Positions 51,271-64,000 of a DNA stretch of 64,000 nt are shown in pieces. A model generated the notes under the pieces. The model made no database searches and had not been told where the DNA came from. It was given only the letters and a program-made list of their open reading frames with translations. Position 1 is the stretch's first letter; each line of letters begins with the position of its first letter. The position numbers and the translations under genes are program-made. The stretch lies in assembly GCF_009914755.1 (NCBI RefSeq), contig NC_060935.1. One strand, given 5' to 3'. Source of the DNA: the human T2T-CHM13v2.0 reference genome, Homo sapiens.

Positions 51271-52212
51271 CCCTAGTCTAGGCAATCATTGAGACTCTTC
51301 AAGCAGATACAGAACTTTTGTGAGCTCCATGGAAGCTGTAGGCCAGCGAGGGGAAAATAGTCATGTCCTCCACTGTGTCTTGCATGGCATGAAACTTGGG
51401 ATTGGCCTTTCACATATGCCCATATTCTGAGAAGGGTCAGTTTAGTTCAGTATGATTTGTCGACCATCCGCATTGTGTCATGCCTTTTCACAGGTGCTAG
51501 AGGTTTTTAAGTGATGATGTTCCTTTGAGGAACTCACTGTCTAGGGTGGAACACAGATTATATAAACATATAATGACCTGACAGACCCCAGGCAGAGGCA
51601 AGAGTACATGACTGAGGCCTTGGGAGCACAAATGCACTGAGATTTTCAATGTCAGGGGAGCTGGAGAAAGCTTCAGAAAATAGCCCATGTCCAAGTAGTT
51701 TCTGAATGATATATAGGAGTTACTTGATGGTCCTGGCAAAGAAGGGCAATTCAGAAAAAAATGAACAGCGCATTGCAAAGTCAAGAGGCAAGACATAGCA
51801 CAGTGGGTAGGGGAATCACAAGCAAGTGGTTATTTGTGGAGTCCATATTAGCCTAACATCATATCTCAACACCCATACAATGTTTGGTATAGATTAGCTG
51901 CTCAATAAATATGTAAATACATGAATATTAGTTCTAAAGCTCGTGTACACAAGAATTATAGCTTTAAATTCAGTTGAATTTCTCCTTTCAGCTCTCATTA
52001 TGCCAGGATGGTGGGAACTCAAAACAAGGGAATCCTGGGTGACATTGTGTGAGATGCTGGATCAATCCCCACTGGAAGGTAGTTCTACTTCCGGGTTTTG
52101 GATATGTGTACCATTAAGTTAGTTCCTGTTCTTTGAAGTTACTTGAGGTTGAGTTTTCTGCCACAAAGGAGTCATTTACAGGGAAGGAAATTAAGGCTCT
52201 GATAATTTGAGT

Positions 52213-52375
52213 GAGTGGTTTTCATTATTTTGTGAACACCAGAATCACCAGGAGGGCTTGTAAAAACACAGATTCCCAGGCCCCTTCCTCAGATTCAGTG
52301 GGTCTGAGTTGGAACCCTTGAATCTGAATTCTAACAAGCTCCCAAATGCTGCTGCTGGTTTGGGGATTACTACTG
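52213..52375. mobile_element. MER5A inserted in a MIR
   Basis: cagaatcaccaggagggcttgtaaaaacacagatt...gattcagt.ggtctg...tctaacaagctccca. Confidence 0.8.
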
Positions 52376-54812
52376 GTTTAGCCACCTACCTTCGGTCACT
52401 CTGCTAGTAAGTGGTAATCTGGTATTTGAACCTGGCTGTATCTGATTCCAAGCTCAGCACTTCTGCTCACTACCTCGAGTAAACACAGTGGGAGAGTATT
52501 TTAGCAGGAGGATATTAAATGTATTTGTCTTGCTTACAACATGAAAACTAGCTTTAAGGGAAAAAATCCATCAGAGAATAATGTGCAATAATTTTCATCC
52601 ACCCTTTATGATTATTCTACTTTTAAACCAGTCTTGTTCCTGCCCAGCTATCTTTCACCTACATAAGGCATCTCCCTTTTTGCACTCACAGTACTTCATT
52701 ATGTGGGCCACTTAATTACATGTATAAAATGGAATGAAATTTCATATGTCCATATGGAGTTGTGTTAGGCAATATTTTTATAATGTTGCTTCCAGCCATC
52801 GTGTGAAAGTTATAACGTCACTGCCACATAATTTCTTGGAAATTCCCACCTAATACTATAAGAGTAATGCAAAAACCAAATAAATTTTTTTCTACCATTC
52901 CCCTTCTCCCTCTCCCAACAGTCTAATCAACTGTTTCCCTGGTGGAAGTTAATGCACTGAACAACTCTGGAAGATTCAGAATGTAAGACTGAGCTGGGCC
53001 TCCAAGGCCACCCCAAGATGTCCTGCTTTTGCTAAGCGGAAGGGGCTGTTGCTCCTTCCCTTCCCACCCTTCTGGTATTTGAAAAAAATGCCAGGCCAGG
53101 TGCTTTGCCTCTTCTCTAGCAATGGAGAAGGAGAAGACCAAGGATGTGAGCAGAGGGAGACCAGGAGGGAAGAGGGAAGAACCTCCCTCAAGGAGGAACC
53201 CAAACAGTGAGGAGAGGGGAGGCTGCAAAGCAATGGATGCTGCCATTGGACTCAAGAGGGAAGCCATCTGGAAGCATGGGATCATTCACAGTGGGGTTGG
53301 AATTATGGTGGATTTCAATTCCACCTAAGTGGTAGAATGTAAACTTGGGATGGCTTAGATGATTATATTTAGTTCAGTTCCATAAACATTTGTGGATGCT
53401 CACTAGGATGGTAGGCCCTGAGCTAAGTGCCAAAGACTTGAAGAAAAATTAGGTACTTCCCTGTGTGCAGATTACTGCTGGGCTGCTCAGCCAGATGCTG
53501 GTGTGCAGTAGTAATGTCCACCGCACTTACGTTTTAAACAAAAGAGTGGTGTGATCAGACTGACAGTTTAGAAAGACCATCTTGGTTGCAGATGGGGTAG
53601 TGGACTTGGAGGTATGAAGTCCAGGTAGTGTATTACTTCAAGTTCTGGAAAAAGATTAAAGCCCTTAACCAAGGCAGGTCTCTCCAGGAAACAGAGGAGG
53701 GCACAGCCGAGAAATACTGAGGAGAGAAAAGCAGTAGAATATGATGAGGATGGTGGAAGAGTCTAGGATGGCCAAGGTTCAGGTTCAGATGACTGAATGT
53801 TTATATTAATATGTTCATCCTCTGCATCTTGCACAGTTTGAGGCACAGAACAGTTGTTTAATCAATTATTTCTAAATTGAATTAAGTTGATCATCATAAA
53901 ATTAATATCTCTAAGCCTTCATTTTTTCTATTTCCGGAAGTTCATTATTGTGGGGATTAAGTTCAATAGTGTAGATAAAAAATGCTTAGCTCTGTTTCTA
54001 GCCCACAGTAAGTACAAAGGAATTTTAAGTTCTTCACCCTCTAAAAAAATCCTCTAAGGAATCAGAGGACAGCTAAAAATATCAGATGGAATATATACAT
54101 TTCAGCTCTGCTTCCTCCTGAAACATTAGTAAAATATTAGTAAAGGGACATTTCAAAGGCATAAACCCAGATGACAGAGAGAACAGTAGAAGGGACCTCA
54201 GCACTAGAATTTCAGGTGGTGGAAAGCAGACTGTGAAATGTAACTGATTTAGCAGCCCAAGAAAGCCGAAGCCAAAGCCAGCACCAGGGAGGCGCAGAGC
54301 AAAATGACTTACACTGCAGATCTCTAAGCCTTCGAGTCTAAAGGCTCAGGAACTGCCACTCATGCCCCTGGAAGGAAAGTAACGGTGAGGTTAAAACAAA
54401 AGAATTGATTGAACGTTTGTTTAAGAAGGTGATGGATTCTTTCCCCAACTCAGCACCGAGGCTGTGACTGCCAAGCAGAATATTGGAGACATAGTGTCTC
54501 CAAGGGTAAAACAGAATCTCTAGACACTAGCCACTGAAAATGGGGGGATTAAATGGAAATTAATATAGGGAATGTTTTCCTACTCAACCCCCAGAAAAGT
54601 GGCAGTCAGGCTTAGACCTACCAGGCAGAGACTGGAAGGTCTTTTCCAGATAAATCTTATAGAAGACCCAAAGAAGCTGATATCAGAAGTTCTCCAAGGA
54701 AACACCCCAGCCTTGTCACTCACAATACATATTTTAAAATAACAAATACCTCCCTCACACATAAAACTTCTCATTTGATTTTTTGTGTACAATTCTCTTA
54801 AATATGAGCAGG

Positions 54813-55201
54813 GAGCCAAGGTTCACAAGACCCATTAGGGAAGTTTCTGATATAAAAAGAGATGGGAAAATAATCAACCAAAATGTAATCTGTACAAGGT
54901 TGGAGATCTTCGTTTTGTTTCCTGAGTTAGCCCAAGTTTCTAGTTGCCTGGAATATGATAAGCATTCAAAAAATATTAGTTGAATGAATGAATGAAGCAA
55001 ATGAATGAATGAATGAGCCAAGCTTCACAAGACCCATTAGGGAAGTTTCTGATATAAAAAGAGATGGGAAAATAATCACCAAAATGTAATCTGTACAAGA
55101 TTGGGGATCTTTGTTTTGTTTCCTGAGTTATCCCAAGTTTCTAGATGCCTGGAATATGATAAGCATTCAAAAAATATTAGTTGAATGAATGAATGAAGCA
55201 A
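54813..55201 (+). repeat. Tandem duplication of about 188 bp
   Basis: 54813-55000 against 55015-55201: 6 substitutions and 1 indel; 14-nt GAAT-repeat filler between copies. Confidence 0.97.
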
Positions 55202-55588
55202 GTAGGAGGAAATGGGGATCACGTAAGGAAAAGAAAAAAAATGGACTGACATTAATATTTTCAGTACACTATAAGAGAGGAAATTCTCAGAGAATAAAGA
55301 AGAACACTTATAAATTAAAAATATGACACAGAAATGAAAAACCCAATTGGCATTTGGAAGGTAAAGTTGAGAATATTTTTCCAAAACACAGAGCAGAAAC
55401 TTTTAAATAAAAAGAATGGAAAATTAAATTAAAAGGACTAGATCCAGCAAGTTTAACATCTGAATATTATATGTTTCTGAGAACAATATAGAGATACCTA
55501 GCACAGCACAATGTGTAAACATATACACACCAAGACACATCATTATGAAATTTTAATACACTGGAGGCAACAAGACTCTACGAGTTAT

Positions 55589-55634
55589 GAGAGAGAAAGA
55601 GAGAGAGAGAGAGAGAGACAGAGACAGAGAGAGA
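55589..55634. repeat. (GA)n microsatellite
   Basis: Seen directly. Confidence 0.95.
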
Positions 55635-55738
55635 AATATTGCAAACCAAGGAACAAGAATCAGAATGGCATCATACATTTCATTAGCTACACTGTAAGCT
55701 AGAAAACAATAAAGCAACACTCTCAAAATTTTAGTGTA

Positions 55739-56168
55739 TGTGCTAGGTCACTCTTGCATTGCTGTAAAGACATACGTGATACTGGGTAATTTGCAAAGAA
55801 AAGAGGTTTAATTGGCTCATGGTTCTGCAGGCTGTATAGGAAGTATGGCACCAGCATCTGCGTGGCTTCTAGGGAAGCCTCAGGGAGGTTTTACTCACTG
55901 CAGAAGGTGAAGTGGGAGCAGACACCACACATGGCAAAAGCAGGAGCAAGTGAGAGACATCAGGGGAAGAAGTGCCACACACCTTTAAACAACCAAATCT
56001 TGTGTGAACTCAGAGTGAGAGCTCACTTATCACCAAGGGAACGGTCCAAGCCACTCATGAGGGATCCATCACCATGATCCAAACACCTCCTCCCAGGCCC
56101 CACCTCCAACACTGGGGATTACATTTCAACATGAGATTTGGGCAGGGACAAATATCCAAACTCTATCA
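55739..56168 (-). mobile_element. MSTB-like solo LTR
   Basis: aagaggtttaattggctcatggttctgcaggctgta...ttcaacatgagatttgg...atccaaactctatca. Confidence 0.9.
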
Positions 56169-56661
56169 ATGAAATATAATTTCTAACCTAGAATTCTCTG
56201 AGCCAAAATATTAACAAAGTGTGAGATTAGAATAAGACATTTTAGACAGATTAAGTCTCAAAAAACGTACCTTTCATGCACCCTTTCTCAATAAGCATCT
56301 GGAACTGCTCCGGCAAAACAAGAGAGTAGATAGTGAAAGAAGACACAGGATCTAGGAAACAAGGTACCTAACACAAGAGAAATCTGAAGTGCCATAAAGA
56401 AGGAAAATCCCAAGACCAAAGTTTTGCACTAGGCCTATCGGGCAACAAGTCTATTTTGGAGCAGAAAATAATTTTTCAGGAAGATAAAATTGATCAATGA
56501 CTAATGCGTTTGAATGTATTGAGAACATATTTACACAAATGGAAGAGTCACATTTGTGATTAATGCATGGACAACTTCATAAAGAAACTAGATAAAATTT
56601 TGAACTATAAGAAAAATAACCTGTGCACAAAAGAGAAAACAATTATAATAGTCCACATGCC

Positions 56662-57018
56662 TGATATGGTTTGGCTGTGTCCCCACCCAAATCTCACCTT
56701 GAATTGTAATAATCCCCATGTGCAAAGTGCAGGGCCAGGTGGAGATAACTGAATCATGGAGGCAGTTTCCCCCATACTGTTCTCATGGTAAAGAATAAAT
56801 CTCACAAGATCTGATGATTTTATAAATGGGAGTTCCCCTGCACAAGCTCTCTCTTGCCTGCCACCATGCAAGATGTGACTTTGCTCCTCCTTTGCCTTCT
56901 GCCATGACTGTGAGACCTCCCAGCAATGTGGAACTGTGAGTCAATTAAATCTCTTTCCTTTATAAATTACCCAGTCTTGGGTATGTCTTTATTAGCAGCA
57001 TGAGAACAGACTAATATA
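56662..57018 (+). mobile_element. THE1 (THE1C-like) solo LTR
   Basis: tgatatggtttggctgtgtccccacccaaatctc...gactaatata; perfect TSD atgcc. Confidence 0.95.
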
Positions 57019-57489
57019 ATGCCTCACCTGTGAACTATGATTACAAAGTAGGTATGCAAAGTGAGGGTATATAGCAGGAAATCTGTCATTATTTCTTAAA
57101 ACTCAAAAGTTAGGAAGCAACTTTAAAAGACATTTATTTAAAGATATTGTACGGGAGATAGGGAGGGACAGTTGGCAGGAAATATCTTAGAAACCAGCTA
57201 AAAGACATGAAAGTGTTTTTATGAAGAAGTGGAGATAGTAAGTGGAGAAATAGAGGGATTGCTCTTTTTTTTGCAAAAAGTGCTGTATAACTATTTGACT
57301 TTTAAAATCATGTTCATGAGTAGTTTTGATAAAAGTAAAAAACAAATGATAAAAATACTCCACAAGACTCTGTATAGCATTAGCTGTTTTCTTTTGTCTA
57401 CTACCTAGCCTATTTTTGATGCTTAGTAAATATGTTCTGAATAAACAATAAAAAATACTCACTATACTCGTTATGTGTACATTAGAATC

Positions 57490-58250
57490 TATTGCTTCCC
57501 AGCAACCACAGAGTCTTTCAAAAATCCCTGTAACAGACCATATCACTCTCCTGCTTAAAATCATCTTATTGGTTACCACTGCAGTTGGGGGAAGAAGAGT
57601 GAGACTTTTTAGCAAGGCCTACAAGTGTTCTACTAAATCTGGCTCTCCCAATGCCCTGTGCTCCAAGGACACTGGTACTTCTTCTGTTCCTGGAATAGGA
57701 ATCTCTACCCTCCTCTCCCATCATGAAGTTTGTTAAATGTGCTGCTGCTTCAGCCCGGAATTCTTTTTGCATGACTGGATCTTTCTCATCATTCAGACTG
57801 TTGCCCAAATGTCACTTCCTCGGAGAAAATTCCATGGTCATCCTTTCAAGATAGCCCCATCCCAGTCCCTCTCATGCCACCATTCTGCATTGCCTTTTTT
57901 CATGACATTCCTTATTCTCTGAAATTATGTTATCCCTTTATTTAGTGTCTGGCTTTCCCACCATGGTGTCAGCTCCAGGACAGCAAGCACCTTGGTCTGT
58001 TTTCTTCACAGATGTATTATCCAGGGCTTTGAACAATGTCAGACATATAGTAGGCATCTCAGTTAGTTTTCTAGAATAAACAAATAAATAGCTAATTTCA
58101 CATAATCCTCATAACAACACTGTGAGGGAAGTATTCTTATTTCTATTTTACAGATACTGAAGATGAGGCTCAGAGTGGTTACATGATGAGCTGACCAACA
58201 CACAGCAGCTTAGGTGTGGAGTCAGAATTCCCAGTTTGCCAAAGTCTGAA
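57490..58250. mobile_element. L2 (+) followed by MIR (-)
   Basis: tcactctcctgcttaaaa...acatatagtaggcatctcag; ataatcctcataacaacactgtgagg...gaggctcagag. Confidence 0.7.
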
Positions 58251-58888
58251 ACCGGCATCGTTTTCATTCTTGCCTGCTTCCTCCAGATTGGCACCACCTT
58301 CTTATCTCCCAGATCCGCTAGCCACTGGCCCTATGGTTCTCAATTTTAACTGCCACTTGAATCACCTGGAGAGTAGGGTTCTTTTTAAAATCCCAAAGCC
58401 TGTGTCAGATCCCAGACCAATTAAATCATACTTTTTAGAGATTTCAAGTATTTAAAGCTCCACAGGATTTAAAGAATTTAAAGCATCCCAGGTGATTTCA
58501 AAATGCAGTCACGCTTGAGAACTTCTGCTTTAATCCAAGGCTTCTCAATAGGCGGACCCAGAATTAAAGTGGGCTGTGAGACTTTCTAAGGTACCTCAGG
58601 ATTTGCTCTTCCTCATCCCATGTATTATGGAGTTTGGGCAGCTTGTTTCCATACCTGGCCTGTCCCAGAATCTCCTTGTTCACTCAATAATCTCAGTTTT
58701 CATGAGCACTAGCAACTGCTCAAAGATCAGGAGCAATTCAGCCCACCCCCACCACCCTCTCCCCAACCAGGGACACACCTGAAACCTGTGGTGGCCCATG
58801 ACACACATACAAGAGATGTGTTGTGCCCAGCCCTCGAGGGCACAACTTTAATAAAGTTTTTAAATAAACTTTATTTAAAAAGTTTCTG

Positions 58889-59481
58889 AACTTTTTAAAT
58901 AAAGGGCCTGCTAGTAATTATCTTAGGCTTTGTGGGTGTATTAGTCCATTCTCACACTGCTATAAAGAACTACCTGAGACTGGGTAATTTATAAAGAAAA
59001 GAGGTTTAATTGACTTATAGTTCCACAGGCTGTACAGGGGGCATGGCTGGGGAGGCCTCAGTAAACTTACAATCATGGTGGAAGGGTGAAGGGGAAGCAA
59101 GCATGTCTTCACATGGTGGCAGGGGAGAGACAGAGCATGAAGGGAGAAGTGCTACACACTTTCAAACAGCCAGATCTCATGAGAACGAACTCACTATCAT
59201 GAGAACAGCAAAGGGGAAATCCACCCCCATGATCAAATCACCTCCCACCAGGTCCCTCCTCCAACATTGGGGATTATAATTCAACATGAGATCTGAGAGG
59301 GGACAAAGAGACAAACCATATCAGTGTGTTATACAGCTCCTGTCACAGCCACTCCACTCTGCCATTGTGGTGCAAAAGCAGTAGTAGACAATGCATTTGT
59401 AGCTGTGTTCCAATAAAACTTTATTTAAAAAGTGGGTGCTGGGGTGGAGTGGATTCTTGGACCGTAGTTTGCTGTCCCCTG
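58889..59481 (-). mobile_element. MER58A (hAT-Charlie), split by an MSTA LTR
   Basis: taaagggcc...ttaggctttgtggg on the left; gctgtgttccaataaaactttattt...gtagtttgctgtcccctg on the right. Confidence 0.8.
58937..59323 (-). mobile_element. MSTA-like solo LTR
   Basis: tgtattagtccattctcacactgctataaagaactacctgagactggg...aaaccatatca; TSD gtggg/gtgtg. Confidence 0.92.
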
Positions 59482-60089
59482 CTTTAAGATGTTGTGGCTT
59501 TTTTGGCGTCCCTCATGGGGAACTCATGTTCTCTGAGTGACTGATAGGTGAGACAGAGGGGATGGGCCCTCCCTAGGATTCACAGCTATGTAATAGTAAA
59601 CAAGAAAAATGAAAAGGGAGGAAGAGGAAGAGGAGGAAGAGAAAGCCTAAGGTCACGATGCTGCTGAAGCTCTAGAAGGGTATTCTTTTCATGCAAGAAA
59701 AGTCAAGGTCTAATCTGAGAATTTTAGTCTCAGTCATAGCAGCAAAGGCCCTAGAATCATCCGTCTATTAAACACAGATTCAGTGAGCATCTGGTTTGTA
59801 CCAGCCATCTGCTGGTGCCAAAGTGGGAAAGACAAGACTTTGACCTCAGGATTTGTCCACTCTCTAGTGGGAAAGTAGACACGTTGAAGAATGACAATGC
59901 CATGTGAAAATTGCCATGAACCAGCAGTTGAAGGTTAGTTCTAGTCCACTAAAGATCTAAAGATTAAACAGAGCTAGAACCAGGCTAGCAATGATGCAGG
60001 AGTCTCCACATGGCCACAGGGTCACTTGGGCTGTGATCAGCATCTCTTCTGCCTGGCTTTCCAACTGATTTTACATAAAGCCTATTCCA

Positions 60090-60575
60090 TGCAGGACTTC
60101 AGAAACGTGCTGCCCAGCACCCATTTCTCCTCCTTCTGGAGGACTGATTTTCCTTTAGGGCAATTAACCTTTATCTACTCAGCCTATGTCATTTGATGGT
60201 GGTTGGTAAGGGCATTGATCTTATTGCATTTCCTGGGCTACAGTGATTTGTTCAGCAATGATCATGTGATCCAAGCCAGGATAAGAAGACTCAATTCAGA
60301 TATGTTTGTAGGAAACTTGTAAGAGAAGTTCTTTCTGTTGAATTGAAAGCTGCAGTCTGGATCTGCAGAGGGATGTCTCATGGATAGAGACAACCTAGGA
60401 GCAAAGCCAACCAGGGCAGAGAAGAGACAGAAACTCAGCCTTGAACACCTGCACTCAGCCAGGCCTGAAGCCATGCTATCCTTGCACTTTTTCAGTTATG
60501 TAAGCCACTAAGTCCCTCTTAGCTGCATAAGCCATTTAAATTGGGTTTCAGTCATTTATAACCAATAAAGTAAAT
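60090..60575 (+). mobile_element. Old MLT1 (J/K/L-like) LTR
   Basis: catgtgatccaagcc...cagccaggcctgaagcc...ttttcagttatgtaagcca. Confidence 0.6.
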
Positions 60576-62193
60576 AATGCAGCAATTGACTTCACCAATG
60601 CTTTGTGTGGTTTTATTTTGTTTTATTTGGAAGAGAGGCTTCCCAGGTGTCTTCAACTCTGAATTACCCATCCCCAGACAGCCAATCAGAAAAATGAATG
60701 TAATTCACCTGAGTATTCTAAATCCTAGGACTGCAGTAGAGAAATTAATCAACATCCAATCGTCTTTAGTCTATCATTATTGTGGCATTGACTGAAATAT
60801 AGGGTTAAATTTAATTTCCTCCTACTATCATTAAAATTTGTGAAATTAACTTTAATTCCAAGTTTTGATTGGACATTTTAACTCTTCTGGTCCTCATTGT
60901 TCTGATTTTCTTGTTTAAATTAATTGGACTTATGCCACCTCTTGCAGTAGAATTGCAAAAAGAGAGTCCCAGATATTACACTTTGTTTGGCAGGCATTTG
61001 AAATTCAACAGCCTGAAAAATGATCCAGTTTCTTGGGCCGTGTTTATAGCCATTATCCCTTGGTATGTCTTATCTCACCCAGTTTAAGGTCCAGAACCAC
61101 TTGTGTTTTCCACAGCTCTGTCCAGGGCTAGTGTGCTTGTCCAACAATACAGCAGCATGTCCACTACCTGCCTTCCTGGCATCTGTGGAGGGTCCCAGTT
61201 ACCTCTGCAGGTGGAGAAGCAGAAGTGCCCCAGCCCCAGACCTAAGGAGAGATGGATGCTTGGGAATTTAGTTCTCATTTCTCCAGTGGCTCAAACCTAT
61301 ATATTTAGCAAGTATTGTTATTTACAATATTTATAAACAAGTACCTTTTCTAAGTGAATTAATTTATTTAACATGTACAATAAATGCACTTAAGTGATTT
61401 CATATGGACTTTTATCCAAATATAGAACATAAGAGTACTTTTCGCAATTAAATATATTCTAACTCAAGTGTCAATCAGGTCCGTGTAATGCTACAGCACA
61501 GGAGAACAATGGGCTCATCGATGGATCAGTATCTTGATTGTTCTTCTTTGCTGTTTTATTTTGTTTTGTTTTTTTCTCGGCCTAACTTTCCTACCTGTCT
61601 GTGTTATTCATTAATAACATCAGTGCTTCTTTTATTTCCAAAAATACATCTAAATTCTATACTTGGCATTTCATAATAAGGATCACAGTTCATTTATCCT
61701 TTTCACTCTAATAACACTTATAATGGTAATAATGAGTTTTTATGAAATTAATATGTAATAGTAATTTAAAATAAAATAATAAATGATTCAAATAAAAAAG
61801 GCACTCATAATTGTCCTTGCTTCTACAGATCTAGTTTGGGTACCTATGATAATATGCATTAGCTGATTAATGTTAACCCAAAGTCAGAAACTGAATAGGT
61901 TGTTTCTGTTTTTCCCAGTAAAACTTTTTGAGTTTAATTGATGACATAGATCATATTAGGGACTCTTAGAACATTAAGCTAATATTTCCTGAGCTTGAAA
62001 AATGTGAAATTATTTTTGTGTATAGATTATGGCTCCTTGTACAGATTATTGCCATTTTAAAACATGCTGTGCTGTATGGATGGCAGTGGTGTTGACAGAA
62101 ATATCAATACAGGTAGCATATTGCCAAATGGGAGTTGACTGGTATTTTGCTGATTAGTGACAACATTAGTTTCATTGATAGTCTCATTTGGGA

Positions 62194-62409
<216 letters not shown>

Positions 62410-62850
62410 GAATATAAGTCAAATTCTATTGCAACTCCTCTGGGTGTCTCACTCTGTCTATCTATATATATATATATGGGAAATGACTAGTTTGAACATT
62501 TCCAGAAATAACTGAACTGCTTTTGAGAGGGGAAAAAGAAAGATCCAAACACTTTACACCAGGACCTTTCTTGTAATGCTTGTTCTCACTTCCCATTTGT
62601 TCTAGGGCACCCTTCTGCCTCAGTGAGCTTCTTGCCCACATCTGGCCTCTCCAGGGATCTCTGGACCATATTAACCACATATTGATATTGGCAGGAATGG
62701 ACCAAGGCCTGGGGCTTCATCCTCTCAACTTAGAGCATCCAAATAAATTTCAGACATGTATATCAGCATTACCCCGTGTGCAAGGCCATGTGAAGATGGG
62801 GTGGTTGTTGGGAGTGGGGCACAAGGGTTGCAGATCAGCAGATATTAGAG

Positions 62851-63419
62851 TACAGCAGACGGTACTTCCCCAAAATGACCACAGCAACATATCCAGTCCC
62901 ATATATATTTAAAACTTTATCATTCCCCAATCAAGAGGTGGAGTTGGCTTCCTCTTCCCTTGAACTAGGCATGAATTTGTAACTGCGTCGATACACAGAA
63001 TATAGTGGAAGTGATGCTCCATGACTTTAAGGTCAGGCCGTAAAAGAGGACACCACTTGGCCCTCTCTCTTTTTCTCTCAGCTGCTCACCCCTGATGCTC
63101 AGCCACCATGTTGTGAGGCAGCCCAGGCCACATTAAGAGGCCACATGTAGGTGTTCTAACCAACAGCCTCAGCTAGGGTGCCAGCCAACAGCTGGCATCG
63201 ACTGCCAAACACGAGAGGAAATGAGCGTTCAGTGTGCTCCAGCCCCAGTCTTGGAGTGTCCTAGCTGAGATCCCAGACATTGCAAAGCAGAAGAGAAAAA
63301 GCCTCCCACTTTACCCTGTCTGAAATTTGTGAACCCACGGAATTTGTGAATAGAGTAAGTAATGGTTTTATGTCACTAAGTTTTGGGGAAATTGTTACTA
63401 AGCCACAGTACCTGGAACA
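62851..63419 (+). mobile_element. MLT1G-like LTR
   Basis: caagaggtggagt...cagccaccatgttgtgagg.agcccaggccaca...cactaagttttgggg...ctggaaca. Confidence 0.8.
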
Positions 63420-63508
63420 CAGAACTCACAGTGGAGGGGGGAACAAGTTACAAACTCTAGGGTAAGGGCCACACTTCAAAGAGAAGGTGATATAGAGCAT
63501 GCATTTTC

Positions 63509-63799
63509 TGTTTTTGTTTTTTTTTAATTTGAGATGGAGTTTCGCTCTTGTTGCCCAGGCTGGAGTGCAATGGCGCAATCTAGGCTCCCTGCAACCTCCG
63601 CCTTCCAGGTTCAACCTCCTGCCTCAGCCACCCGAGTAGCTGGAATTACAGGCATGTGCCACTATGCCTGACTAATTTTGCATTTTTAGTAGAGATGAGG
63701 TTTCTCCATGTTGATCAGGCTGGTCTTGAACTCCTGACCTCAGCCCGCCTCGGCCTCCCAAAGTGCTGGGATCACAGGCATGAGCCACTGCGCCCAGCC
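63509..63799 (-). mobile_element. AluSp/Sq-like
   Basis: gagtttcgctcttgttgcccagg diagnostic; decayed TSD atagagcatgcattttc/atagaacaggaattttc. Confidence 0.92.
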
Positions 63800-64000
63800 A
63801 TAGAACAGGAATTTTCAACAGGATAATGCCACCTTCCATAAGGGAGAAAAATTTGTTCTTAGGAGATTAAAAAAAATCTTACTTTGAAAAAATAAAGCAC
63901 AGATATACATAGAGTACTTAAGCAGATAGTAAATCTATTATATTACAATTTAATGGGGGGAGGAGGGCTACTGGGAGTACTGGGAGGAAAAAAGTGTCTT

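Larger units (their letters stand above)
54075..56650 (+). mobile_element. HAL1/L1M-like ORF1-type LINE relic, multiply interrupted
   Basis: aaaggcataaacccag...ggaaagcaga...gtaactgatttagcag 5' region and ORF1-like A-rich body. Confidence 0.5.

Overview
Primate (human-like) non-coding DNA: it carries AluY/AluS, L1PA, THE1, MST and MLT2A elements on an older background of MIR, L2, MLT1, LTR16/33, HAL1/L1M and MER/Tigger relics. I find no credible protein-coding gene, tRNA, rRNA or CRISPR array. The long ORFs come from repeats, low complexity or GC-rich sequence. The locus cannot be named from sequence alone. Two CpG-rich patches with CTCF motifs (about 39.7-40.7 kb and 43.1-43.7 kb) and several motif-dense repeat-free islands suggest a distal regulatory landscape. 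I cannot support a new biological system here. The most unusual directly visible signals are local copy events: a 140-bp inverted duplication (26.8/27.5 kb), a 44-bp direct repeat bracketing the CpG/CTCF island, a 188-bp tandem duplication, two AT-rich palindrome clusters, a pre-miRNA-like hairpin (6310-6380) and a 1.1-kb compound CA minisatellite. Repeat subfamily names are recognised by eye from remembered consensus sequences, and boundaries of old elements are approximate.
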